Of a stretch of 64,000 nucleotides of DNA, positions 1 through 12,502 are shown in pieces. The stretch lies in the NCBI RefSeq assembly GCF_024521635.1, contig NW_026250406.1:248001-312000 (forward strand). The letters are read 5' to 3'. The notes beneath the pieces are model-generated. The model was not told the DNA's origin. It did no database searches and was given only the letters and a program-made list of their open reading frames with translations. Source of the stretch: Tricharina praecox (Eukaryota). A program made the position numbers and the translations under genes. How positions within the stretch are numbered: the stretch's first letter is position 1; each line of letters begins with the position of its first letter.

Positions 1-1173
1 TATTCTTCAATCAAGCAAGAAGTTAGTACTCAGTTCCAGAGGCTCGGACACATAGAGTGAGATCTAATTAGTTGCAGTGTCGGCCGATGGAATTCCACAG
101 CTATCGGTGGTAATGGGACCGTGTACAGCCGGCGGAGCCTACGTCCCCAGCATGTCGGACGAGTCCATCATCGTCGAGAACTCCGGCACCATTTTCCTCG
201 CTGGCCCACCGCTCGTGAAGGCGGCTACGGGAGAAGTGGTGACAGCGGAGGAGCTCGGAGGTGGAGCTCTGCATTCGAAAGTCAGTGGTGTGACGGATTA
301 TCTTGCAGTTGATGACGCACATGCTCTGGTATTGGCCAGGAGATGTGTTGCGAATTTGAACTGGCCAACGACATCGGTACCGGAAGTGGAGGTTAAGGAG
401 CCGCTTTATGATCCGAAGGAGTTGGTTGGTATCGTTGGCACGAATCTGAGGAAGCCCATTGAGATCAAGGAGGTCATTGCGAGGATTGTGGATGGGAGCG
501 AGTTCAGCGAGTTCAAAGAGAACTACGGGACTACTTTGGTCACTGGTACGGCTCCCATAACTTTATATGTGGGCAAAAAAGACTAACAAGCTCAGGCTTC
601 GCCCGCATTCACGGCTACCGTGTCGGAATTATCGGCAACAATGGCATCCTCTTCAGCGAAGCCAGTCTCAAAGGCGCACACTTCATCCAGCTCTGCGCCC
701 AACGCAATATTCCCCTCGTCTTCCTCCAAAACATTAGCGGGTTCATGGTCGGCAAAGACGCGGAAGCCGGCGGCATCGCTAAAAATGGCGCGAAGCTCGT
801 CAACGCCGTTTCCTGCGCCGATGTGCCAAAGTTCACCGTCGTGATTGGCGCTAGCTATGGTGCGGGTAACTACGGTATGTGTGGCCGTGCCTTCTCTCCA
901 CGGTTCTTGTGGATGTGGCCGAATGCGAAGATTGCCGTCATGGGCTCGGAGCAGCTCAGCTCGGTCATGAAGACAGTGGGGAAGAATGTGGATCCTCAAC
1001 TGCAAGGGCGCATCGAGAGTGAGAGCGAGGCCGTCTTCTCGTCTGCGAGGATCTGGGACGATGGTGTTATCCCACCGGAGGAGACGAGGAGTTATTTAGG
1101 GCTCGGATTGAGGGCGGCGTTGGGTGGGAGTGTTGAGACGAAGGAGACGAAGTTTGGCGTTTTTAGGATGTAA
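1..1173 (+). CDS. mccB: 3-methylcrotonyl-CoA carboxylase beta (carboxyltransferase) subunit, 5'-truncated by the window edge; exons <1-21, 78-545, 596-1173
   Basis: Spliced translation [31 protein letters not shown]...TTLVTG|FARIHG...[29 protein letters not shown]...FGVFRM*. GT-AG introns 22-77 and 546-595 with CTAAT/CTAAC branch sites. Confidence 0.95.
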
Positions 1174-1675
1174 AGATACCCGTCGACTAGAATTGAGTGT
1201 GCCCCGTCAATTAAGATGGGTTCGTGGTCCAAACCCTGTGCCTTACAACAGTAAATAATGGGGCTGTCTCACGGCAGTGCAGAGTCTATTCTTCCAATTG
1301 AACATTTCGGGGCAAGACCGCCACTCAATGGCCCAGGTGCAGCACTGGAAGTAAGCGGCATTCACCGTCAACCGGGCTCTGTCGACTAATAATATTTCTT
1401 GCTGTGGCGGATGATTGTAAATAGAGGATGGCAAATTGAAACTGGAGTTGTGCAAAATCACGTGACTCCCAACCGAACGGTTCCTCTCTTGTCGCTCCGG
1501 TGCATGGGCAGCTTCTTATGCGGCTCAAATCTCGGCAGAAAGTTTGCAGATCGGATGCCACACCAAAAGTTTTCTTACCCCATCCAACCAACAACTTCTT
1601 GCAGCCCCGTCCGCACCAACTCAACACCCCCATTGTCTGCCCACCTATGCCTCCTCGGCCGAAGAACGGATTATT

Positions 1676-4216
1676 ATGATAAGGCCTCGTACAGGGCTCG
1701 CTGCACCATCGCAGAGCACTCTTCGTTACCTGCGCCAAATTGTGTTCCCACGCCACGACCACCGCCACCAATCCCACCACCACAATGGTATCTCGAACCA
1801 TTGCCTTCGAGCCGCAGGGCAGCACGGAATCCAACACGGACAGAGAAACCTACACGCCGCAGCGGTTACGGGCATTCGTGGGAGCGGACGCTACGGTCAC
1901 AACATCGGGCACGGCAAAGCCCCGGCACCCCCGAGAACGACACCCCCGAGAACCACCCCTGCCGCCGCCGCCACCACCTCCACCGATTCCGACAGAACTA
2001 CAAAGCCAACCGGCACTCCCAAAGACAAAAAGGCGAAGAAGTCACATCCGGAAGATGCGGGGCGGCCTCGGCAGACACGATGGGAAGACTCTTTCCTGGA
2101 CCGGCAGACTACACAGGAGGGGCAGGAATGGTTCCGGCAGTATGTCCTGCTCATACAGGCTGGGAACTTGGAGGAGGCGAAGGCGCTGTTTTTCGAAGCC
2201 AGGGCCGAGGGAGTTCACGAGTCTATTGTGCAGAAGGCTGGCATATACCTCATGGACACCTACAACCGAGTTTTGAAGCACGCCGAGGCACCCGCAATAT
2301 TTCAACATTTGTCATTATACCCACCGTTCGTCGGCGCCCGCAGCCTTAACTTGTGTCTCGAGTCGTATTTGATTCGGAAGGACTACGTTAAGTTTATCAC
2401 TACGTTTAAGCACTACTCCCGGATGCAGGTTGTGAAGCCTGACCACAAGACTTACGAGCTTTTTATAAAGTGTCTGGTCAAGGTTGGTGGTATTTCGGAG
2501 GCACGAGACGTCATGAAGGTGCTGGAAGACCAACGGAAGCCAGTGACGGAGAGTGCCTTTGCCGCATTCCTAGCGGGTGTCCGAGACAAGACCGCTTCGT
2601 TTACCGAACTGGAGCAGGACTTTGAGTGGATCAGATCGCGGAAAAAGATCGCTGCACCGGCGCTATACAACATCATGATCGAGGAGGCGCTCTCATATGG
2701 AAAGCCCCGGCTCGCGAGGCAGTACGTCGATATGATGATTCAGGACGGCGTTAAGCCTGATGACAGGACGTTCGCTACATTCCTGCTGATGCAGGCGGGT
2801 GGCGGGGATTGGGAGGGGGTCCGCAAGGCGATGACAGAGGTGACGAAGAAGGGGATGCAGTTGTCCCGAAGGACGCTGAATTCGTTACTGGATACTTACG
2901 TCGATATCGATGGGATTAATGGGTTGGAGGATTTCTTCGATGTGCTCTCCAAGGAGTCTCGGTTTCCATCACCGGCATCCTTCAACATCATGATCAGGGC
3001 CCATCTGCAGGCGGTGAATGAGGACGGAGTGATGTATTGGGTTGAAAAGATGCGGGAAGCCGGGTTGGAACCCACGGCAGCTACTTTCAACACCTTTTTC
3101 CACGATCTACGATGCTCCAACGTGCCTCGCGAACTGATGTACCGAGTCTATCATACAGTATTTCACATGGACCGGAACAGAGTTGATGAGATATCACGTG
3201 ATATCCTTCACCGAAGCGTACATCCAGTGGAAAAGACGATAGAACCACCGCCTTCTCTAAGCGTCATCGCTCCCGAAGTAGCAATGCAAAGCGCCGACGT
3301 GATGAAGGAGATGCGCACAGCTTTGCAGTACGGGCGCGTCCGCGAGACTCTCAATATCTTTCGAGAGGCTTCCGCTCACGTCGCTTTGTCCAAGGAGGTC
3401 ATTACGCTGCTCGCCCGCGCATATGTGCTCCTCCCCGATGATTTGATCGATCTACCATCGGTGCTTCCCCGGGACCGCGATCGCGCATCCCAGATCAAGG
3501 AGGGTGTCGTCGGACAATTAATCTTCCTCGTTAAGGACGAAGCGGAAAAAACACCAGTGGTGTACAGCTCCATCCTTCAGCTCATCTACGGACTATACAA
3601 GTTCATGGAAGGCAACGATCTCTCGATTTCTCACAACATCGCGAATCAAGCGGCGGCAGTCTTGACCAGCCGCCAGGATATGGTTGGCGCGCTCCATATC
3701 ATGAACGAAGTCTCTAAAACCCGATGGGGCCGACGTACAGGCTGGGACCTTGCCGGGCTGACAGCCCTACTCCACGCATACTGCCTCATGTACGATCTTC
3801 GCGGGATGCGCTGGGTCGTAAACCGCCTAGTCGAAGGCCGGGAAGTATCCGACGAACGCTTCCACATCTACCTCAACGCTGCGGCCAAAAACTCGAATTC
3901 GCGCGAGTTCCGTGAGGGTACTGCCGAGCTGCTGATGATATGCCGTAGGCATAGGAGCAAGTTGTGGGGTACACTGAAGCGGCGGGCTTCGACCATCGTC
4001 GGTGTAATGGATCCCAGACATCCGCCACAAAATCTACAGCAGCGGATCGATCAGCAGCTGCTGCAACAATCCTCTTCCCCATCCCAACAAATCGATGATT
4101 ACGATTGGGGTGACCTAGACGATTGGGCGGATGATGGCGCAAGCGGGGATATTCCTCCCGCGGCGGCGCCGGAGACGACGACGACAACGACGACGACGAC
4201 GGACAAGGTGGAATGA
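1676..4216 (+). CDS. Pentatricopeptide repeat (PPR) protein, probably mitochondrial
   Basis: Long intronless ORF with first ATG at 1676 and an Arg-rich, acid-poor N-terminus. Tandem ~35-aa PPR motifs (YNIMIEEALSYGKPRLARQYVDMMIQDGVKPDDRT; FNIMIRAHLQAVNEDGVMYWVEKMREAGLEPTAAT). Confidence 0.85.
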   Translation: MIRPRTGLAAPSQSTLRYLRQIVFPRHDHRHQSHHHNGISNHCLRAAGQHGIQHGQRNLHAAAVTGIRGSGRYGHNIGHGKAPAPPRTTPPRTTPAAAATTSTDSDRTTKPTGTPKDKKAKKSHPEDAGRPRQTRWEDSFLDRQTTQEGQEWFRQYVLLIQAGNLEEAKALFFEARAEGVHESIVQKAGIYLMDTYNRVLKHAEAPAIFQHLSLYPPFVGARSLNLCLESYLIRKDYVKFITTFKHYSRMQVVKPDHKTYELFIKCLVKVGGISEARDVMKVLEDQRKPVTESAFAAFLAGVRDKTASFTELEQDFEWIRSRKKIAAPALYNIMIEEALSYGKPRLARQYVDMMIQDGVKPDDRTFATFLLMQAGGGDWEGVRKAMTEVTKKGMQLSRRTLNSLLDTYVDIDGINGLEDFFDVLSKESRFPSPASFNIMIRAHLQAVNEDGVMYWVEKMREAGLEPTAATFNTFFHDLRCSNVPRELMYRVYHTVFHMDRNRVDEISRDILHRSVHPVEKTIEPPPSLSVIAPEVAMQSADVMKEMRTALQYGRVRETLNIFREASAHVALSKEVITLLARAYVLLPDDLIDLPSVLPRDRDRASQIKEGVVGQLIFLVKDEAEKTPVVYSSILQLIYGLYKFMEGNDLSISHNIANQAAAVLTSRQDMVGALHIMNEVSKTRWGRRTGWDLAGLTALLHAYCLMYDLRGMRWVVNRLVEGREVSDERFHIYLNAAAKNSNSREFREGTAELLMICRRHRSKLWGTLKRRASTIVGVMDPRHPPQNLQQRIDQQLLQQSSSPSQQIDDYDWGDLDDWADDGASGDIPPAAAPETTTTTTTTTDKVE

Positions 4217-4559
4217 TAGACTTGGTGGGTGGGTGGGCGTGGGCATGGACGGCGTTGTTTGTTTCCTGGTGCTATTACCTCGTGCCACATCATCTTTCTT
4301 CTTCTTTGCAGGCGGCTAGGAGTGTTTTTGATTTTGTTATATGTATATATATGCTTGTTTTTTGGAACTGGTTGTATCATATGTTGTTCTTCCTTTCGGT
4401 GTGTGAGCGGTGAGCGGTGAGGGTGTAGAGACGGACTGGCTATATAATACATACGATACGATACTCCAGAAGGAGGGGGGTGTTGAAGGCACATTAATGA
4501 AGCATAGCAGACGCTCAAGCCTCAAAGCATACTCCCAGCCGCAGTGCAGGTAATAGGTA

Positions 4560-5770
4560 CATAGTCCAGCCCAGTCAACGCCAGCCCGCAGCCCGGCGCG
4601 GGTAGCCCAGCCCGGGCTGGCCTAATCTTGGCAGCCTAGCGTTGAGGAGCCCTAGCGAGTGAGTTCCAATGATTCGTTTCACTGCTAGTATCGTTGAGGG
4701 TGCAACAACCGCAACAGAATCGCCTTCCGCGACAGAATCATCTCCCGCAACAAAATCACCTCTCGCAACAAAATCACCTCCTGCAATAGAATCATCTCTC
4801 GCAACAAAATCACCTCCCCGCAACAAATCACCTCCCCGCAACAAATCACCTCCCACAACAAAATCATCTCCCGCAACAAAACCACCTCCTAATCACCCTC
4901 AATCCGATATCAGACGACGCAACTGAGAGCGCCAATCGTACACCAAGTAGCAGCCCGGGTAGTAAGCGAAAGTTAACTTCTTTCATTTACAAGCATGGGC
5001 CGAGGGCCTGAATGAAGTGGATGGAAGCTGTGACCACTGGGAATGTACTACATGTAAGTGTGATCTACGCCAACGAACGCTATTATTTCCCGACTTAAAT
5101 AAAGGTGCAAAACAAGGACTCCGGAAACGCTACAAAGCCATCGGGTCATCAACAGATATAGCTGCGACTCTGCGAGACACCTTTTGAAGGCCCACGGGCC
5201 ACTATATCGCCATGGATGGTGTAATTCCTCGCGATGATCGTCGCACTCTCAAATCTACTACATATACTGCCACACAACAGGTTGCGCTTCCTATTTCTGT
5301 CTGTAATGGCATTAGAAATCCTAAGCATTGATGCTATGTCGGCAGAGGTATGATAGAACGAGTGTTTAGTAGCGCTAAACGCATGGTGACTGACCGCCGA
5401 TATGGGTTGAAGCCGGAGATCGTTGAGGCCTGTGAATGTTTGTGGCATTGGCGTGCTTCCGCCACTAGTGACTGTGGACTTGTTTTCTTAGTAGCTTTAC
5501 ATTTTATGTACTGTTTTTTTTCCACCTGTTTTCTTCTCTTCTCTTCTGTCTTTCTTGACAGCGCTGCCTGTTTCCTATCTACATTCTCTACTCTTTCTTC
5601 CGTCCTCCGTCTCGCCGTGATAATCTTACTCTACCAAACTCTAGGATCCAGCCCGCCCAACAACGGCGGGCTGGGCTGCCAGCTCAACGGCTCCCGCCCG
5701 GGCTGATATATCAGATCAGCCCACCATCCCTAGCCCAGCCCATGGGCTTTTCGGGCTATTGCATGCCCTG
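4560..5770 (+). mobile_element. Internally deleted, degenerate hAT-family DNA transposon
   Basis: hAT C-terminal dimerisation domain RFLFLSVMALEILSIDAMSAEV/ERVFSSAKRMVTDRRYGLKPEIVEACECLWHW (about 5280-5455) with a stop/frameshift at about 5350. BED-finger-like FIYKHG...HWECTTCK at about 4982-5058. Clustered AGCCC/GGGCT subterminal motifs at both ends. Exact ends uncertain. Confidence 0.8.
4711..4890 (+). repeat. 18-bp minisatellite (GCAACAAAATCACCTCCC-like, about 10 units; reads ATKSPP) inside the hAT relic
   Basis: Direct inspection of the tandem units. Confidence 0.9.
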
Positions 5771-7220
5771 CCTACTACCTAGCACATCAAGATACTGTCG
5801 AGCAACATCCGAACTACCTCATAAACGGATACAATTGTTACAACCACCGCTCGCACGGTCTAGGCGACGAGAGCAGGTGCAATACCGATGAAACCAAGCG
5901 GCCCAGGGGATGTGAGGGTGTGGATGAGTGACAACCAATGATTTCAGGGGGTTTGTTTTTGTAGTTGAAGTCTTACCCTCCGTCCGCGCGCGCTCTGTCG
6001 GTACTCTACGCAGGGGAGGACCACCTGAGATGACAGAAATACCCGGTGCCATCTGGAGGACGTGCTACGGTACTCGTATCATATCTCGGCATTCCCCCCA
6101 GGTCTGGACGAAGGCACGCGAGTAATGCTGGCAGATCTAGGTGGGTACCTACCTGTTGAAAGGATTTGTGAATCGTGAAATTGGATGGCCGCTTAGACCA
6201 CAACGAAGACAGTGAATCAACGACTTGGTAAGAGCGAGACATATGTCGGTGGACGTAGAACATAGAAGTGGATGCTGTGTATATTCTATGATCCAGCTAC
6301 CTAGGTCGCATGCAATCAGTGAGTGGTCGGACAAACAAAAACAAAAGAAGCTACACGTGACGGCTAGCTCCGCCGGGTGATTGTCCATGCATCGATCAGC
6401 GCTCGCTCAAGGGCGGGAAATTTGGTAATTCGTGGTCGATGGGAGGGAGTGACTGGCGGGAGTGTCTGGCGGGAGTGAGGAGCGGCGAACTCATTGCCAA
6501 TGCTCGAACTCATTGGGTTCCGGCTTAACACGGACTTTCGGCGAGATACTTACACAAGTGTCTGTGGCGAAATCGGTGTATATGCATGTACTGCATGTCC
6601 CCAGCCAGTGAAATCGTCCGTCACAATTGTGAAGGGTTTCTCGAAATGAACACGGCAGTCTATCAATGGTTGTAGAGATTCAGTGAAGGGGGATGGTCGT
6701 GCTTTAGATACAATGGGAATAGATGTTAGAATGTTGGGGAGGACACCTGTGGGCACGGGGGCTAAGCGTGATTTAGAGGTTGAGTGCGTTTGCCTCCACC
6801 CTCGTTCCTTGTTGCATCTGCCGCTACCGGACGACAACCGAAGACGAAGACGCATCATCTCACACTAGCACTCTACCCTCAGCTTTCAGCAATCCACTAC
6901 CTCTCACTCGGTTCTCCCGCACCACCGTCCCTTCCCCACCACTTACCCTTTCCCCACCACCTACCCTTTCCCCACTCACATCCTCATCTTCTAAGACAGC
7001 GACTCCCTAGCTCTACAATCCCACCTGTGAGTAGGGTAAACAATTGGAGTTTCGCATGTCTCTATCGTCCTTCCTTCGATATCTCCACAGCCTCCTTGAC
7101 ATCCTACGCTCCTTTTGTGGGCTCCTCTCATTTCCTTGCGCCCACCACTTCTTCAACATCCTTTTCTACTGCATTCGCTCAACTATCACAACTACCTCAC
7201 ACAACCCTCGAGACGATACC

Positions 7221-8315
7221 ATGAGCAACATCGACGAAGAGAAGGCCATCCCTGTTGCGATCTACCGCTCGGGGATCAACAAGGAAGGAAACGTTGTCAA
7301 GTTCACCGGCAAGGGAATGGTCAGGATGACCGAGAGAGAGGTCAACGGCGACGACTCTGGCACCACGATGATAGGCGACGACGACGAGTACAGAATCAAC
7401 ATGTCGTACTTCCACGACGTCGACCTCCCTCCCTATCCGACCGGACCCCGGCCTCTGCACGCCTCGCCGCCGCTTCATCCCACCAACGGTCTCCACTCCA
7501 CTCTCCTACACCCCCCCGGATTAGAGCAGGTCTCACCGCGCCCTTCCCCCGCCGACATGACGGACGAAGAATGGGATGCCGAGCTCGCCGTCTGTTTCGG
7601 CAGCCCACTCGCCCCCTCATTCGGCGCACCCCTCGCGCGTAGCACGACCCCGCACCATCCGCAGGCCCCCGACGTCCTCCCGCTCCGGCACTTCCGCACG
7701 CGCCACGGGACCCCGTCGATCACTTCCGCGCGCTCCTCCGCCTCCGGCGAGTCCACCCCATCCCTCTCCCACTCGGTCACTTCCATCTCCCCGCTCACCC
7801 ACGCCTATCGCGCATTCATGCACAAGCTGCCGCACTACACGTTCACCTACGTTCCCGCGCCGCCATCCGCATGCATCGCCTGCGACGCGCTGTCGGCGCA
7901 CTACCGCTGCGCGAACTGCCCGCTGGTGCTGTGCCGCACGTGCGTAGACCTTATCGGACGGCTCGGCGGGTCGATCCACCGGCTTATTGGCGTTGTCGCC
8001 CGCTGGAAGCTGGGATACTCTGTGCCAGCCCGCGAGCGGGACGGAAGCGTCTGGGGTGCTGGACCGTTTCCGCCTGGTCGCAAGAAGGCAATGGTCGTCG
8101 GCGAGGTCAGGGACGATCTCGACGATGACTCGGACTCGAACTCGAGTCAGGGACAGGGAGGTGTCAGGCTCGGAGAGGACTATGAGGATCAGCGCGAGGA
8201 CGATCAGAATGATAATGCCTCGAGCATCTGGGAGGACTTTGACGACGACTGGAGTGAGGGCGATGGCTGTGAGGCTGCTACGGGAGATGTGAGTGAGGAG
8301 GAGGAGTGGTATTAG
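7221..8315 (+). CDS. Hypothetical protein with a CxxC-x8-CxxC-x4-CxxC putative zinc-binding motif and an acidic C-terminus
   Basis: Long GC-rich ORF, ATG in context accATGa at 7221. Motif CIACDALSAHYRCANCPLVLCRTC. Confidence 0.6.
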   Translation: MSNIDEEKAIPVAIYRSGINKEGNVVKFTGKGMVRMTEREVNGDDSGTTMIGDDDEYRINMSYFHDVDLPPYPTGPRPLHASPPLHPTNGLHSTLLHPPGLEQVSPRPSPADMTDEEWDAELAVCFGSPLAPSFGAPLARSTTPHHPQAPDVLPLRHFRTRHGTPSITSARSSASGESTPSLSHSVTSISPLTHAYRAFMHKLPHYTFTYVPAPPSACIACDALSAHYRCANCPLVLCRTCVDLIGRLGGSIHRLIGVVARWKLGYSVPARERDGSVWGAGPFPPGRKKAMVVGEVRDDLDDDSDSNSSQGQGGVRLGEDYEDQREDDQNDNASSIWEDFDDDWSEGDGCEAATGDVSEEEEWY

Positions 8316-8779
8316 GAAGGGGAACGAGGGAGGATTTGCGGCTACTTGGGAGGTTTGCATCTTTTTGAAGCGGCGTTCCCTTAACTACCGTCGTACTCTC
8401 TTGGATGGTTGTTACTGCTGGCTTGATGCTTGATGCTTGATGTCTGTCGGGAGTACCACACCTAATACCTACTGTTTCCTCTTCTACTTCTTCTCTTTTT
8501 CTCGTTTTTTCTCGTTTTTTGCGTTCTTTTGCGTTGAGATATGGGCTAGGTAGATGGGTCTGGTGTTTTCCTGCGGATGACTTTCTGTGTTTCCTAACTA
8601 TGGGGTGACTTTCTGTGTTTTTTTTCCTGTGGGTGGGTGACTTTCTGTGCTTGGGATGCTTTCCTTGATCATTGTCTGGCGCGCTTAGACTGTAGACTGT
8701 AGATACCTAAAAGTGCTTGGTTGTATGAGTATATGAGTACACGGATTCTATGGCTGTGGAATGGAGGGATGTGTATTTT

Positions 8780-9380
8780 CCTCTTGGGCCGTCTTTGAGA
8801 AGTATAGTATGAAGTGTATTTCCAGTATTCGTTGCAACTCTCTCATCTACTATTCACGGTTTCACCTCGGACGGCCGAATCACCAGCCATCACCCATCAT
8901 TCTCCTCTTTGGCCATCATTGAAAGTTGAAAAAAGTACAGTATGACAGTGTATTATCTATATCCAGTATTCGTTGCACCTCTCTCATCTACTATTCACGG
9001 TTCACATCGGATAACCAAGTCACCCATCACCCTCTCCTCTTGAGCCGTCATCTATTTCCTGTATTCGTTGCGCCTCTCATCTACCAATCTACCAATCTTG
9101 CCACAGTTCCGCTTTCCCGCATTTACGATTTCACTGTTTCACCTCGGACAACCGAATCACTGCGCATCACCACGCATCACCACGCATCACGCATCACCGT
9201 CCCTCTTCTCTCTGGCCGTCATTGAAAAGTTAGAATGAAATGTATTATCTATCTCAAGTATTCGTTGCACTACTCTCTCTCATCTACCAATCTACCAATC
9301 GTGCCACAGTCCCGCTCTCACGGTTTCACCTCGGACAACCAACCGAGTCACCACCCATCACCCCTATCACGCATCACCCC
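8780..9380. repeat. Four diverged tandem copies of a ~100-200-bp unit between convergent gene ends
   Basis: Anchor GTATTCGTTGC...CTCTCATCTAC...TTCAC(C/A)TCGGA recurs at 8825, 8966, 9061 and 9258. Confidence 0.85.
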
Positions 9381-9385
9381 ACGCA

Positions 9386-11520
9386 TCATCCCACCACCAC
9401 CGCCGCCGGCCCACCCACTCTCTCCCCCTGCCTCTCCCTTTCCCTCTCCCCCTCCCTCCCCTCCCCTTCCTCCTCCCCGACCTCCTCCCAATACACCCCC
9501 GTCCTCACAAACAGACTACAAACCGCCGCGCCCGCAAACGCCGCCCCAAGGCATATAAACACCGTCTGCGGCACGGTAGCCACCGTTTTCGCATAGACGA
9601 GGTTAAACACGGTTGGGGTAACCACCCTCGCGAGCGAATGCAATAGTGCCAGCGCGCCCAGCAGCTGTCCGGTCTTATCGTCCGGCACGTGTTTGGTGAG
9701 CGACGACTGTATAGTCGGCGAGCCGACGCCGCCGAGGGCGACGGATACGCCTGCTAGAGTGAACAGCGCGCCGGTTGGAGCTACTGCGTAGCTGAAATAG
9801 CCTACGGCTTCGAAGAGGATGGCGAAGCGGATCAGGAAGATTTCGAGGGAGTCCGAGCCTCGGTGGTGTTGTGTGTTGCGCGAGCGCCGGTACCAGGTTA
9901 TTAGGAGCGGGAGGACGACGACGAGCATCGTTACGCGCACGGAGTTGACGATGGAGAGGTACATTGATGACTGCGGTGGTTAAGTGGTTAGATGCTGCGG
10001 ATGATATGGAGGGGGGGCGGGGGACGGGACACACCTCGAAGTTGCGCCAGCCGAACTGCCGCTCGGCGTACATGATGATGACGGTCATGGAGCCCATGCC
10101 GACGCCGAAGAGGGTGCACTCGATTGCGGCGAGGAAGAGGATGTTCAGGCGCAGGCGGGTGCTGGTCCCCGGTGCAGTGGGGAACAGGATCGACAGCGGC
10201 TCGAAGAGGTGCCGAGGATTGAACCAGTGCTTGCCGATGCCCGTGCCAGAGCCCGCGGACGTGGCGGTGTGCTTCGCTCGCGCTTCGAGGATGCGCCGCT
10301 GCGAGAGCGATTCCGGAAGGATGAATAGGGTGAACAGGATAGACGCTGTGTGCGCTACCTATTCTTTGTTTTAATAAACCATCGGGTCATAAGTCGGAGG
10401 TGGGGTGCTTACCACGGCAACGTAAAAGATACTCAGAATATTCCCCGTCCACTCGACCAACAGACCACCCAGCGCCGGGCCGACCGCAATACCAAGGAAC
10501 AGACATCCCTGGAACAGACCGAACGCCATTGCGCGTTGCCGCGGAGTCGTGCAATCGGTGCCATAGGTGTTTGCCAGAGCCAGCACCAGCAAGAAGCTGC
10601 CGCACAGCCCATCGATCGCGGCGCCGACGAGCAGGATGTTGACGTCAAAGTACTGCGGGTACTTGACGGCGAGGATCGTGGTTATCTCGCCGGCAACAAG
10701 GCCGAGTGAGGCGAGCGCCATCACTCCGCACCGACCGTAGCGGTCAGACAGTTGGCCGAGCCGCGGAGAGGTGAAGGCGCCTGGCAGTACCATCGATCAG
10801 TCCTTCTTCTTCTCATCATAGAGGCAAGAGATATATACCGAGCAGACCCGTAATCAAACCCAACACCAGAATGAAAGTTGATGTTCTCGCATGGACCTAT
10901 TCCCTCCGTATCAGCATCACTCATTTGTCCCCCCGGAAAGTAGCTTACCTCGGGAATCTGGCACATCTCATTATCAAACCCGCCGATAGTTGGCAGCACA
11001 GCCTGCGGCGCGCCGGGCGCCGAGTTCTGTTCGGAAAAGTACTGGCGACATATCAAGTCGAGGATGATGTTGAGGCGGGGCACCGCCACACTGTTCGCAC
11101 GCGCCACACACACACGAGTCAGTCTAGGTACATACAATAGTTGCTCTAACAAGCCGCTGATGTCATGACTCATGGCTGTGAGTGTGAGAGGTGAGGGTTC
11201 ACAGTACATACCCGCCGAACGCAATCGAGAACACACTAAATACCGGCAGGAGCCAGAAGATCTAGATGCGCACGCAATTTCTCAACATCCCGCTCGGAAA
11301 AACGAAGAGGAGGAGGAGGAGGAGGAGCAGGAGGAGGAGGTTTGTTTCATACGGATGGCGTCCGGTACCACGGATGGTGCTCCCAGTCCTTCAGATAATC
11401 ACTCCCACTTCCACTTCCACTTGCGCCCCCACTGTCATCTTCGACGACACCAAGCAGCGGCGCCGTCTCGTCGACAACCACATCTCGCGCTCGATCGGTA
11501 GCATTCGCTTCAGTTTCCAT
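9386..11520 (-). CDS. MFS transporter (tetracycline-efflux-like/SLC46-like family), multi-exon
   Basis: METEANATDRARDVVVDETAPLL...PWYRTPS|IFWLLPVFSVFSIAFGG. MFS motif A (GQLSDRYGR), GIAVGPALGG, and SSLTKHVPDDKTGQLLGALALLHSLARVV. Several GT-AG introns. Confidence 0.9.
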
Positions 11521-12502
11521 CTTTCGTGCGGAGAGTGGAGCGTCGGGTTTCTCGGCGCGTAGGGGGAGGGGGGGATGGGAAAGCGGATATGATATGTAAT
11601 GTACGGTATGTATGTACGGTATGTATGTGTGTAGTGTCTGACCGAGACTCCGAAGTGTGGAGGGGAGAGAGGAAGCTTACCTACCTAGAGCATTGGTACA
11701 ATAAGGCGCGTCTGTCGTCCGGGGTGTGGTTTCAACGGAGTTCTTTTACCAACTGATTGTAAATCCGATCGCAAACCCCGAGCGAGCGAGCGTACGAGCG
11801 AATTGCAAGTTAGATAGATAAATACACAACAAGTTTCGCGCGTGCGCGCGCCCTATCGTCGTTGATTTTTCATCGCGGCACGATTACGCCCTTGATTTTT
11901 AAGCTACCTTAACAATGCTCTAGCAGCCTGCAGAGAACGATATGATACCGGAGTTCCTGTGCCGAGGCTTTGGTCGCTGGGTTGGAACAACTTGGTGGAT
12001 CGGGGATAGACATGGAACATGGGATGCCCCGTGCAGCCGATCGGCTCCACAACGTTCAAGTTGAAAGGGGTGGACACCACTGGACATTGGAAACTGGACA
12101 ATGAAGGGTCACGTGGATGAGAACCAGCGCAGGAAACAGGTTGGGACTGTTGACTGTTGACTGTTGAATGCGATAGACATGCGGGAATGAGTCGAGTTCA
12201 CAGCAACAGGAACGGAGCATTGAATCTGTCCGGGCCGCTGTCATATGGTAGAGCGGAGTTCCAGTGTCCATATAGTAAATGCCACTGTCCAATGGGGGCG
12301 TAGGGGGTTTGGGTTTGGGTTCGACTGTTTGTGGCTCATGGAAGTAAGTTCCGGCGTCCGCCTCGAATCCCATAGCGTGCCTGATGCAGCAACTCTATTT
12401 TCAAAAGCCTGCCAGCGCATTGAATGATTATGTAAGCTGGAGGTTCAGGGAAGCCGTCAAGGAACCCGTCTGCCACCACCACAAGGGGAGCGATGTCACA
12501 TG

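Noticed and set aside
4546..4575. Left terminal inverted repeat of the hAT relic pairing with 5750-5783
   Set aside because: The match is short and gapped and no 8-bp TSD is evident, so exact ends are not claimed.
11904..12430. Short ORFs (e.g. 12056-12373, MGFEADAGTY...) as a small gene
   Set aside because: No recognisable domain or convincing splice structure.
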